Shown piece by piece: positions 1-7,047 of a stretch of 12,071 nt of DNA. The DNA is taken from the NCBI GenBank assembly GCA_910585375.1, contig CAJUCZ010000036.1, positions 1 through 12,071 of the forward strand. Direction: 5' to 3'. Made by a program: the position numbers and the translations under genes. The notes below the pieces were generated by a model that saw only the letters and a program-made list of their open reading frames with translations, ran no database searches and had not been told where the DNA came from. How positions within the stretch are numbered: the stretch's first letter is position 1; every line of letters begins with the position of its first letter. This DNA is from an uncultured Alphaproteobacteria bacterium. Lineage in GTDB: Bacteria; Pseudomonadota; Alphaproteobacteria; RF32; CAG-239.

Positions 1-1
1 T

Positions 2-673
2 ACGTCTTTAACGTCTTCATCCTACGGCACGAACGGTACCGACGGCTGCGAGTATACCTGTTATTACACCTGCAACCCTAACTGCCCGTCTGGCACATCA
101 ACATCAAACCCCGGAGGCTGCGGCGGGTCGACCAAAAATGGGTGCGGGGATAAAACCTGTTATTACCCATATGTCAGCTGTTGTTCGGAAACCTGTCCGT
201 CTTCTCATCCGTACAGCAATTGCGATTACGGTTATACCAGCATCACCGAAAATGAGTGCGGGACTAAAAAGTGTTATGCCTGCCGACCAGAACCGGGACC
301 TATTGTAAAAACATATTGCTCAGGAAATATGATGTATGAGGATTATAACTATGGAGGAAGCTTTATTGGTGTGATTGTAAATAACCGTATTATACGTAAA
401 GACATTGTGTATAATCGTCGTTCTAATTGTGTATCAAGCTGTACAAGCAGTGTTAAAGCTAACCTAAATTGGAGAATCCCGTCTTCTAATGAAGTGTTGG
501 AATTGCGTTGTGCCATTACAGCAATGGGGGGGCCAATTGACGATACTTACTGGTACGATGGAAATTCTGTTGACGGCGTATGGCTGTTTGGGGATCAGCG
601 AGATAATAATCCTGATAAATATGATATGTATAATGACAACAGCAATTATTGTACCTGTGTATCGGATTTGTAA
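2..673 (+). CDS. Cys-rich protein, 5'-truncated by the window edge, with a C-terminal DUF1566/Lcl-like (C-type-lectin-related) domain
   Basis: Frame 2 has no stop codon from nt 2 to the TAA at 671-673, so the ATG at 329 in the ORF track is internal. The N-terminal part has repeated [G/E]-C-x3-4-[T/K]-C-Y-[Y/A] modules (DGCEYTCYYTC, NGCGDKTCYY, NECGTKKCYAC). The C-terminal part has NWRIPSSNEVLEL and a YW..(n)..VW.F..(n)..K..(n)..C.CV pattern that resembles DUF1566. A strong hairpin terminator follows. Confidence 0.6.
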   Translation, partial: TSLTSSSYGTNGTDGCEYTCYYTCNPNCPSGTSTSNPGGCGGSTKNGCGDKTCYYPYVSCCSETCPSSHPYSNCDYGYTSITENECGTKKCYACRPEPGPIVKTYCSGNMMYEDYNYGGSFIGVIVNNRIIRKDIVYNRRSNCVSSCTSSVKANLNWRIPSSNEVLELRCAITAMGGPIDDTYWYDGNSVDGVWLFGDQRDNNPDKYDMYNDNSNYCTCVSDL

Positions 674-711
674 AAAAGAACCCCGCCTTTGTGACGGGGT
701 TATGTTTTTTT
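672..711. terminator. Bidirectional rho-independent terminator between the convergent DUF1566-like gene and pyrG
   Basis: Stem AACCCCG (679-685) pairs with CGGGGTT (695-701) around a 9-nt loop. An A-run (672-677) lies upstream and a T-run (705-711) downstream, so the hairpin has a U-tract on either strand. Confidence 0.8.
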
Positions 712-712
712 A

Positions 713-2371
713 TTAAATCAACCGGCTTTTGTCAATAGCCGCTTTTACGAACGACACAAACAGCGGTGCCGGCGCAAAAGGTTTGGATTTTAATTCCGGA
801 TGGAACTGTACGCCGATAAACCACGGGTGGTTCGGAATTTCGACAATCTCAGGGAGTTTGCCGTCCGGAGATTTGCCTGAGATAATCATTCCGGCCTGAT
901 TCAGCTGGTTTTCATATTTCATATTGACTTCATAACGGTGACGGTGGCGTTCCGAAATCTTAGCAGCTCCATAGACTTTGCTGACCAGACTATCCGGAGC
1001 CAAAACGCATTCATAAGCGCCCAACCGCATGGTTCCGCCCAAGTCTCCGTCTTTATGGCGGATTTGTTTGGCTCCGTCTTTATCCCATTTGGTCATCAGG
1101 CCGACAACGGCTTCGCAATCTTGTCCGAATTCGGTCGTACCGGCATTGGTTACGCCGCAGACGTTGCGCATAGTTTCAATAACAGCCATTTGCATACCGA
1201 AGCAAATTCCCAAAAACGGAATTTTATTTTCACGGGCGTAACGAATAGCTTTGATTTTGCCGTCCGTACCGCGGCAGCCGAAGCCGCCAGGAACCAATAT
1301 GCCGCTGACATCGCCGAGTTGTTCGGCAACATCTTCATTTTCCAGAGCTTCCGAATCAATCCATTTGATTTTGACCTTATGTTTATTGGCAATGCCGCCG
1401 TGCGTCAGGGCTTCGCCCAAAGATTTGTAGGTATCGAGCATCTGGGTATATTTGCCGACTACCGCAATATTGACTTCCCCTTCGGGATGAGTAATCGTTT
1501 CGACGATATGTTCCCATTTGCTCAAATCCGCCGGTTTGCTGTCTATGCCGAAGTATTTGCAGACCTGAGCGTCCATGCCTTCATGAGAATAAGCCAGAGG
1601 AACGGCATAAATACTTTTGGCATCAAGCGCGGCAATGACGTTTTCTTCTTTAATGTTACAGAACATGGCGATTTTGCGTTTTTCGTTCTGCGGGATTTCT
1701 ATCTGCGAGCGGCAGAGCAGCATATCAGGCTGAATTCCGTATTCCTGCAATTGTTTGACCGAGTGCTGGGTCGGTTTGGTTTTCAGTTCGCCGGAAGCAT
1801 TAATAAACGGCAGCAGCGTGACATGGATAAACATGACGCGGTCGCGCCCCAAATCATAAGAAGTCTGGCGGATGGCTTCCAGAAACGGCTGACCTTCAAT
1901 ATCACCGACCGTACCGCCGATTTCGCACAACACAAAATCTTCATCATGAATGTCTGATTTGATAAATTCTTTAATCTCATTTGTCACATGCGGAATAACC
2001 TGAATTGTGGCGCCGAGGTAATCGCCGTGACGTTCTTTGTCCAAAACGCGCTGATAAATTTTGCCGGAAGTGACGCTGTCGGTTTTGTGGCAGGATATGC
2101 CGGCAAAGCGTTCATAATGCCCTAAGTCCAGATCGGTTTCGGCACCGTCGTCGGTTACAAAAACTTCACCGTGCTGATAGGGGCTCATTGTTCCGGGGTC
2201 TACGTTCAGATAAGGATCAAGCTTGCGCATTCTGACTTTAAAGCCACGCGCCTGCAGCGTTGCCGCCAGAGAAGCTGAGGCCAGACCTTTTCCCAGAGAG
2301 GAAACCACGCCGCCGGTAATGAAGATAAATTTTGTTTTCGGATTTAAATTTGCTTGGGTGTTATCAGACAT
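713..2371 (-). CDS. pyrG: CTP synthase (glutamine-hydrolysing)
   Basis: 552 aa. The N-terminus [16 protein letters not shown] and the motifs [15 protein letters not shown] and [22 protein letters not shown] mark the synthase domain. The C-terminal GATase domain has GICFGMQ and the [12 protein letters not shown] motifs. The SD-like AAGGAAG lies upstream of the ATG at 2369-2371. Confidence 0.97.
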   Translation of the reverse strand: MSDNTQANLNPKTKFIFITGGVVSSLGKGLASASLAATLQARGFKVRMRKLDPYLNVDPGTMSPYQHGEVFVTDDGAETDLDLGHYERFAGISCHKTDSVTSGKIYQRVLDKERHGDYLGATIQVIPHVTNEIKEFIKSDIHDEDFVLCEIGGTVGDIEGQPFLEAIRQTSYDLGRDRVMFIHVTLLPFINASGELKTKPTQHSVKQLQEYGIQPDMLLCRSQIEIPQNEKRKIAMFCNIKEENVIAALDAKSIYAVPLAYSHEGMDAQVCKYFGIDSKPADLSKWEHIVETITHPEGEVNIAVVGKYTQMLDTYKSLGEALTHGGIANKHKVKIKWIDSEALENEDVAEQLGDVSGILVPGGFGCRGTDGKIKAIRYARENKIPFLGICFGMQMAVIETMRNVCGVTNAGTTEFGQDCEAVVGLMTKWDKDGAKQIRHKDGDLGGTMRLGAYECVLAPDSLVSKVYGAAKISERHRHRYEVNMKYENQLNQAGMIISGKSPDGKLPEIVEIPNHPWFIGVQFHPELKSKPFAPAPLFVSFVKAAIDKSRLI

Positions 2372-2418
2372 TTTTCTTCCTTATTTGAACATATTAACTT
2401 GTGCTTTTTAAAGTGACA

Positions 2419-2443
2419 AAGGCGCTGTCGGAACAAGCGCCTT
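2419..2443 (-). terminator. Intergenic hairpin between secG and pyrG (possible weak terminator or attenuator)
   Basis: 8-bp stem AAGGCGCT (2419-2426) pairs with AGCGCCTT (2436-2443) around a 9-nt loop. On the transcribed minus strand the trailing U-tract is interrupted (TTGTCACTTT), so termination is probably partial. Confidence 0.4.
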
Positions 2444-2464
2444 ATTTTTATTGTCTTTTTTCAT

Positions 2465-2797
2465 TTATTTACCTGCTGCAGGAACTTCAGGAGCCTTATC
2501 AGCCTCTGTTGCCTGTACAGGAACAGTCTGCTCTATCGAATCGATCAGCGACTTTTTAGGCGCGCTGTGCCCTTTATAATAAAGAGACAGAGAAATACTG
2601 GTGATAATGAAAATTGTTGCAAGAATTGCGGTCAGACGGGTCAGAAAGTTTCCGGTTCCGCGGGCGCTTAAAAAGCTGCTGGCGCCGGAACCGCCGCCAA
2701 GGCCGTCCAAAGCACCGCCTTCAGAACGTTGCAATAAGATGATGGCAACCAGAAAGATTGCGACCAACAAGTGAATTACGAGTAAAATTGTTCCCAT
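2465..2797 (-). CDS. secG: Preprotein translocase subunit SecG
   Basis: The sequence MGTILLVIHLLVAIFLVAIILLQRSEGGALDGLGGG...FLTRLTAILATIFIITSISLSLY shows the typical two-TM SecG with its LLQ..kG.G..G signature. I prefer the start at the ATG at 2795-2797 (110 aa). It is preceded by GGAAAGGAAG and lies 16 nt after the tpiA stop. The ORF-track start at 2857 would overlap tpiA by 44 nt. Confidence 0.9.
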   Translation of the reverse strand: MGTILLVIHLLVAIFLVAIILLQRSEGGALDGLGGGSGASSFLSARGTGNFLTRLTAILATIFIITSISLSLYYKGHSAPKKSLIDSIEQTVPVQATEADKAPEVPAAGK

Positions 2798-2813
2798 GTT
2801 TCTTCCTTTCCGA

Positions 2814-3578
2814 TTAGCAGCAGCCGGCGTTTTTGGCAATAGAGATAAAATCTTCAACCTTCAGGCTGGCACCGCCGATGAGCGCGCCGTCGACATCGGG
2901 CAAAGACAGAAATTCTTTGGCATTGGCGGGTTTGACCGAACCGCCGTACAAAATGCGCATTTTATTGGCATTGCCTTTGCCGAGCTTTTTAGCCAAAACT
3001 TTGCGTACGGCAGCATGAACTTCCTCAACATCCTGCGCCGTCGGGGTTTTGCCCGTTCCGATAGCCCAGACAGGTTCATAAGCGATGACGGTATTGGAGG
3101 CATCGGCATTGTCGGGAACGGAACCCAGAATCTGAGAAGAGCAAACGTCAATGGTTTTGCCCGAATCGCGTTGTTCCAAGGTTTCGCCGATGCAGATAAC
3201 GGCTTTCAGTCCGGCTTCATAAGCGGCAACGGCTTTTTTGTTAATCAGTTCGTTGCTTTCATTATGGTCGGCACGTCTCTCGGAATGGCCGAGAATCACA
3301 TATTGGCAGCCGGCGTCTTTGAGCATGGCCGGGCTGACATCGCCGGTATGCGCACCCTTAACGTTGAAATGGGCGTCTTGCGCACCGAGAGCAACCTTGG
3401 CGCCGCGCAGGGCTTTTTTAACGGTTGTCAGCAGCGTAAACGGCGGACACACCAGAAATTCGCAGGAGGGTTTGCTCATTTTTTTTACTTCGGCGGCAAT
3501 TCCTTTTGCCAATTCAGTACCTTCGGCCAGCAGGCAGTTCATTTTCCAGTTGCCGGCAATCATTTTTTTTCTTGCCAT
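2814..3578 (-). CDS. tpiA: Triosephosphate isomerase
   Basis: 254 aa. Canonical TIM motifs are present: IAGNWKMN, VILGHSERR, ICIGE, AYEPVWAIGTG and YGGSV. Confidence 0.96.
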   Translation of the reverse strand: MARKKMIAGNWKMNCLLAEGTELAKGIAAEVKKMSKPSCEFLVCPPFTLLTTVKKALRGAKVALGAQDAHFNVKGAHTGDVSPAMLKDAGCQYVILGHSERRADHNESNELINKKAVAAYEAGLKAVICIGETLEQRDSGKTIDVCSSQILGSVPDNADASNTVIAYEPVWAIGTGKTPTAQDVEEVHAAVRKVLAKKLGKGNANKMRILYGGSVKPANAKEFLSLPDVDGALIGGASLKVEDFISIAKNAGCC

Positions 3579-3690
3579 AATTTGTTTTCCTCTTCAAATT
3601 TTATTAAAAATTTTCAATTTGCTTTCCTTTTAGCACAGCAAATTATATTTTTCCAGTAGAAAAAACTTTTCAACACTAATATTTATACGA

Positions 3691-3720
3691 TTGCATATAT
3701 TATTAAAATTGCATTATAAT
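3691..3720 (+). promoter_or_regulatory. Candidate sigma70-type promoter for the ppiD-like gene, within the AT-rich divergent tpiA/ppiD intergenic region
   Basis: TTGCAT (3691-3696), an 18-nt spacer, then TATAAT (3715-3720), about 40 nt upstream of the ATG at 3760. This is a pattern match only. Confidence 0.35.
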
Positions 3721-3759
3721 TGCGCCAGCTTAATTAATATATAAATAAGGTCAGAAAAA

Positions 3760-5640
3760 ATGATTGGAAAAATTAGAAGTATTCAGGACTCTTGGGTGAT
3801 GAAGCTGATTTTGATTCTTACGGCCCTGAGTTTTATGTCCCTCTTCGGCGTCTCCGGCTATTATGCCACGGCGGCCAACAACAAGCCGGTGATTAAGGTA
3901 GACGATATTGAGATTACCCAAAGCCAGATTATGAACGAACTGAACAGCGAACTCCAAAAAGCCAAGTCTTTGTTCGGCGAGAATCTGGACGTCAATGAAA
4001 ATATCCGCAACGCCTTGTTGCAGGGGATTATCCAAAAAGAGCTTTCCAATGCCATTTTGCAAAAAACGGCTCAGGACAACAATGTTTATATCAGTGACGA
4101 GCTGATTAAGAAGATTATTTCTTCCCAGCCTGAGTTTATGGACGAGAACGGCAAATTCAGCGTTCAGCGGATGCGCCGGATTTTGGCCTCGGTCGGTATG
4201 AGCGAGCAGGAATATATTCAGTCACTGCGCCGTGATATTGAGAAAATCCACCTTGTTTACAATATGGTGGACGGCGTTACCGTACCCGAATTTATGGCTG
4301 ATTATCAATATAAGCTTGATAATCAGAAAAAAGTTTTCAAATTTATCAATATTGATCCGGAACAGATGAAAATTGACCGCAAAATTTCGCAAGACGAGAT
4401 TGAGCAGTATTACAACGATTTTGCCGCCCAATTCATTGAACCGGAGAATCGGGATGTTTCTTTCATCAGCATTTCCAGTGCCGATGCCGCCGGAAAGGTT
4501 TTGATTTCCGATGAAGACATCAAAGCCTATTATAACGAAAACATCAAACAGTTTGAAGTTCCGGAAAGCAGAAACATTCTGCAAATGGTCTTTTCAAACA
4601 AAGATGACGCAGAAAAAGCTTATGCCCAATTGAAAAACGGCGCGGATTTTTATGCTGTTGCCAAGAAAGAGGCTAATCAGGACAAAGCCGCCACGGAGCT
4701 TGGTTTTGTGGAAAAAGACATGCTTATCGGCAATATGGGCGATGTGATGTTCAGCCTGAAGAAAGGCGAGATTTCCGAACCGGAAGAATCCGAATACGGC
4801 TGGCATATCATGAAAGTGGCTGACATCCGCCCGATGCAGAAGACATCTTGGGAAAAAGCCAAGGCTAAAATTGTTGAGGTTTTGCGCCGCGAGCAGTCTG
4901 ATGAAGCTGCCGGCGACCTGATTGCAAAAATTGAAGACGAAGCCGGTGCAGGAAAATCTTTGGCCGAAATAGCAAAAGGCCTGAACGTACCACTTTTGAA
5001 AGTTGAAGGGCTGCAGGAAGACGGTAAAGCCAAGACGATGCCAAAGAGTTTTGAAAAGCTTGTGGCTTCACCTGATTTTATTGATGCGGCATTTTCTTAT
5101 AATCAGGATGAAACCAGTCAGGCGGTTGAGACTGATGACGGTTTTGTCTTTGTTAATGTTGACAAGATTACGGAACCGCACCAGAAAGCCATGGACGAGG
5201 TTGTGCCGGAGATTGAAAAGATTTGGGCCGGCAATGAAAAGAACGCCATTGCACAGGAAGTTGTCAACGATGTACTTCATGACGTGGAAAACGGTGATAA
5301 GATTGAAGACGTAGCCAGACGTTTCGGACTGAAGCTTCAGACGACGGCTCCGTTAAAAAAATCTGACACATTTGACGGTTTCTCCGCCCTGCAAATGCAG
5401 GAACTGTTCAGAGAGAACATCGGAACGCCGAAAGTCATCGGCGATGACATGCGTCAGGTGATTGTGGTACCGGTAAAAGTTATTAACAGTTCGGACAAGC
5501 TGACAGAAAGCGAGAAAAAAGACATTTTGCGCAAGGCACAATTTGAGACCTCGCAGGAAATGGCTCAACAGCTGATTAATGATTACGGTTCAAACTACCG
5601 GATTAAGATTAAATATAAGGCCGTTGGCATTATAGACTAA
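3760..5640 (+). CDS. ppiD: PpiD-like periplasmic chaperone / parvulin-type peptidyl-prolyl isomerase (SurA-N domain, N-terminal membrane anchor)
   Basis: 626 aa. The N-terminus has the IQDSWVMKLILILTALSFMSLFGVSGY anchor, followed by a long helical chaperone region. A central parvulin/rotamase-like segment is present (NILQMVF...GADFYAVAKK...LGFVEKDML...GEISEPEESEYGWHIMKV). Its position divergent from tpiA matches the usual alphaproteobacterial arrangement. Confidence 0.85.
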   Translation: MIGKIRSIQDSWVMKLILILTALSFMSLFGVSGYYATAANNKPVIKVDDIEITQSQIMNELNSELQKAKSLFGENLDVNENIRNALLQGIIQKELSNAILQKTAQDNNVYISDELIKKIISSQPEFMDENGKFSVQRMRRILASVGMSEQEYIQSLRRDIEKIHLVYNMVDGVTVPEFMADYQYKLDNQKKVFKFINIDPEQMKIDRKISQDEIEQYYNDFAAQFIEPENRDVSFISISSADAAGKVLISDEDIKAYYNENIKQFEVPESRNILQMVFSNKDDAEKAYAQLKNGADFYAVAKKEANQDKAATELGFVEKDMLIGNMGDVMFSLKKGEISEPEESEYGWHIMKVADIRPMQKTSWEKAKAKIVEVLRREQSDEAAGDLIAKIEDEAGAGKSLAEIAKGLNVPLLKVEGLQEDGKAKTMPKSFEKLVASPDFIDAAFSYNQDETSQAVETDDGFVFVNVDKITEPHQKAMDEVVPEIEKIWAGNEKNAIAQEVVNDVLHDVENGDKIEDVARRFGLKLQTTAPLKKSDTFDGFSALQMQELFRENIGTPKVIGDDMRQVIVVPVKVINSSDKLTESEKKDILRKAQFETSQEMAQQLINDYGSNYRIKIKYKAVGIID

Positions 5641-5648
5641 CCTTGGAT

Positions 5649-5680
5649 AAAGCCCTGCCCCGAGCGGGGCTTTATTTTTT
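5649..5680 (+). terminator. Rho-independent terminator of ppiD
   Basis: GCCCC (5657-5661), GAGC loop, GGGGC (5666-5670); an alternative pairing is AAAGCCC/GGGCTTT. Followed by TTTATTTTTT. Confidence 0.8.
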
Positions 5681-5737
5681 GTAAAAAACGCTTGCCAAAT
5701 AAAATTATTTGGTTATGGTATTGGTGTTTGGTTGAAT

Positions 5738-5814
5738 CGGGGTATGGCTCAGCCTGGTAGAGCGCTTGCTTTGGGAGCAAGATGTCGTGGGTTCGAATCC
5801 CGCTGCCCCGACCA
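5738..5814 (+). tRNA. tRNA-Pro (anticodon UGG), CCA-encoded
   Basis: Acceptor stem CGGGGTA (5738-5744) pairs with TGCCCCG (5804-5810), followed by discriminator A and CCA (5812-5814). The D-arm is GCTCAGCCTGGTAGAGC. The anticodon arm is CTTGC-TTTGGGA-GCAAG, giving anticodon TGG. The T-arm is GTGGGTTCGAATCCCGC. Confidence 0.93.
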
Positions 5815-5821
5815 ATAAAAA

Positions 5822-5846
5822 GGGTGCATGAAGTGCACCCTTTTTT
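5822..5846 (+). terminator. Rho-independent terminator after tRNA-Pro
   Basis: GGGTGCA (5822-5828), loop TGAAG, TGCACCC (5834-5840), then TTTTTT (5841-5846). Confidence 0.8.
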
Positions 5847-6119
5847 GTGGTTTCGGAAAGCCGATGACCGGTAAGGCCGGCAGCGTTCAATTTACTCAGT
5901 GCCGCGGAAAAATCCGACGTTTATATAATCTTTTTTTTAGTTCATTTCAGAAAGCTGTTCAGCAGCCGGTTGTTTTTTATTGCTTGTTTTATTTATTCGT
6001 TATATCTTATTTTATCTTTATTCAGAAAGGGCATGATTTTGCAGGGGTATAATTTAAGCCGCAATAAGAGTTTACGGCTTCCGAAGATTATAGAGAACGA
6101 AGCTGGTGTTCTTAATACC

Positions 6120-6635
6120 ATGGACGATTTGTTTGCAACACGTCAGGCATCGGCTCTGGCAGCAGACAAGAAATTTCCGAAAAAGATTGTTGACAGAGAA
6201 GAAAACGATTATGACGCCGAGTTGGAGAGGGTTTTGAAACTGCCTGAAAGCGCAAGTGAGCTGGTTGTGATTACCAAGGCGAAAAAACTCGGCGCTTATA
6301 CGATTGCGATAACGGCCAAGTCGCCGGCAAAGTTTCGCGGCGTGTTTGTCAGCCGAATGCAGAATTTTTGTCTTGACGCCGTGCAAAATATGCTGAATGC
6401 CAATTTTATCCGCGCGGAAGACGAGAAAAGCAAAGAACAGCGGGAAAAGTTTCAGGCAGATGCAATTATCTGCTTGAAAATGCTGGCATATATTGCCATG
6501 GTGGCGGAGAACGCCGGTTGTATTTTGAAAAGACAATACAAACAAATTGCATTACAAGCCGGTGAAACAATAAATCTGGCTCTGGCCTGGAAAAAGAGCG
6601 ATGATGAAAAATGGAGGAATAAGAAAGAGATTTAA
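6120..6635 (+). CDS. avd: Avd-like accessory variability determinant (basic four-helix-bundle protein)
   Basis: It lies immediately upstream of the TR and RT, the canonical avd position. It is helical and basic, and its C-terminal pattern ...IALQAGETINLALAWKKSD... resembles the ...IAEVGRILGSWIARVN... C-terminus of Bordetella phage bAvd (recalled from memory). The start is uncertain: ATG 6120 gives 171 aa, ATG 6033 gives 200 aa, and the ORF-track start 5970 gives 221 aa. None has a strong SD. Confidence 0.7.
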   Translation: MDDLFATRQASALAADKKFPKKIVDREENDYDAELERVLKLPESASELVVITKAKKLGAYTIAITAKSPAKFRGVFVSRMQNFCLDAVQNMLNANFIRAEDEKSKEQREKFQADAIICLKMLAYIAMVAENAGCILKRQYKQIALQAGETINLALAWKKSDDEKWRNKKEI

Positions 6636-6676
6636 AACCGAAAGGTTTTGAATGAGGGAAGACTTGTAAATGCCTT

Positions 6677-6787
6677 ATTTGGTCGGCGTCCGCTAATAAT
6701 AACGGGAATGTTCGCACCGTGAATAATAACGGAAACAAGAACTATAATAACCCCAATAAACGAAAGGACGCCGTTCGGCCCGATTTG
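6677..6787 (+). repeat. DGR template repeat (TR)
   Basis: This 111-nt repeat matches 8318-8428 at a constant offset of +1641 with no indels. Read in the VR frame it gives IWSASANNNGNVRTVNNNGNKNYNNPNKRKDAVRPDL, with 12 AAY codons. It is non-coding here; the overlapping 6719-7039 ORF is a read-through artefact. Confidence 0.93.
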
Positions 6788-7047
6788 CTTTTGAAGGGAA
6801 ACATAAAAATTGCGTCAGGCAAAGCCGCAAGTTTCCGGAAAACAAGCCTGTTTACGGTTTTTATGCAAGAACCGTCCGTGCTGAAAGCAAAGGAAGTTTT
6901 CTCTTTTCCGGCCGCTGCGGGGGAATATACCATGCGGAGGAAGAAACAAAAACAGCAAATGTTTTATGAAATACCACATACGTTGACGCAGTTTTGTTTT
7001 AATGTATTATCGGGTATTTCTTTTTTTATCCGGAGATAAGACAACGC
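6788..7047 (+). ncRNA. TR-RT spacer, probably part of the DGR template RNA (Sp-like region)
   Basis: About 260 nt of non-coding sequence lie between the TR and the RT start. In the BPP-1 DGR the equivalent spacer belongs to the TR RNA and supplies the cDNA priming site. No structure was confidently identified by eye. Confidence 0.45.

Noticed and set aside
540-673. Possible second VR in the C-terminus of the DUF1566-like protein
   Set aside because: The scaffold pattern and AAY-rich codons are suggestive, but by eye there is no nucleotide homology to TR 6677-6787. It is kept only as a low-interest note.
938-1957. 339-aa plus-strand ORF inside pyrG
   Set aside because: It is an antisense shadow of a highly conserved CTP synthase gene. 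Its composition is odd (F/A/R-rich) and it has no recognisable motifs.
2798-2857. Extended 130-aa start for secG (MKILSLLPKTPAAANRKGRN...)
   Set aside because: The extension would overlap the tpiA 3' end by 44 nt and lacks an RBS. The internal ATG at 2797 has a strong SD and gives a normal SecG of about 110 aa.
2796-3659. 287-aa plus-strand ORF overlapping tpiA
   Set aside because: It is an antisense shadow ORF of tpiA, whose minus-strand product carries every canonical TIM motif.
3689-3726. Three spaced AATTGC[A/G] repeats in the tpiA/ppiD intergenic region, as a possible operator
   Set aside because: The repeats are short and AT-rich, sit in AT-rich promoter DNA, and overlap the putative -35/-10 hexamers. 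They cannot be told apart from chance by eye.
5705-5890. 61-aa minus-strand ORF, plus the 5828-6052 plus-strand ORF
   Set aside because: The first overlaps the tRNA-Pro gene and its terminator. The second runs through AT-rich intergenic DNA with no RBS or recognisable motifs.
6719-7039. 106-aa ORF (MNNNGNKNYNNPNKRKDAVRPD...) between avd and the RT
   Set aside because: It is the TR read in the VR frame from an internal GTG and running on into the spacer. It has no RBS and Asn-rich low complexity. It is explained by the TR being a non-coding copy of the target's VR.
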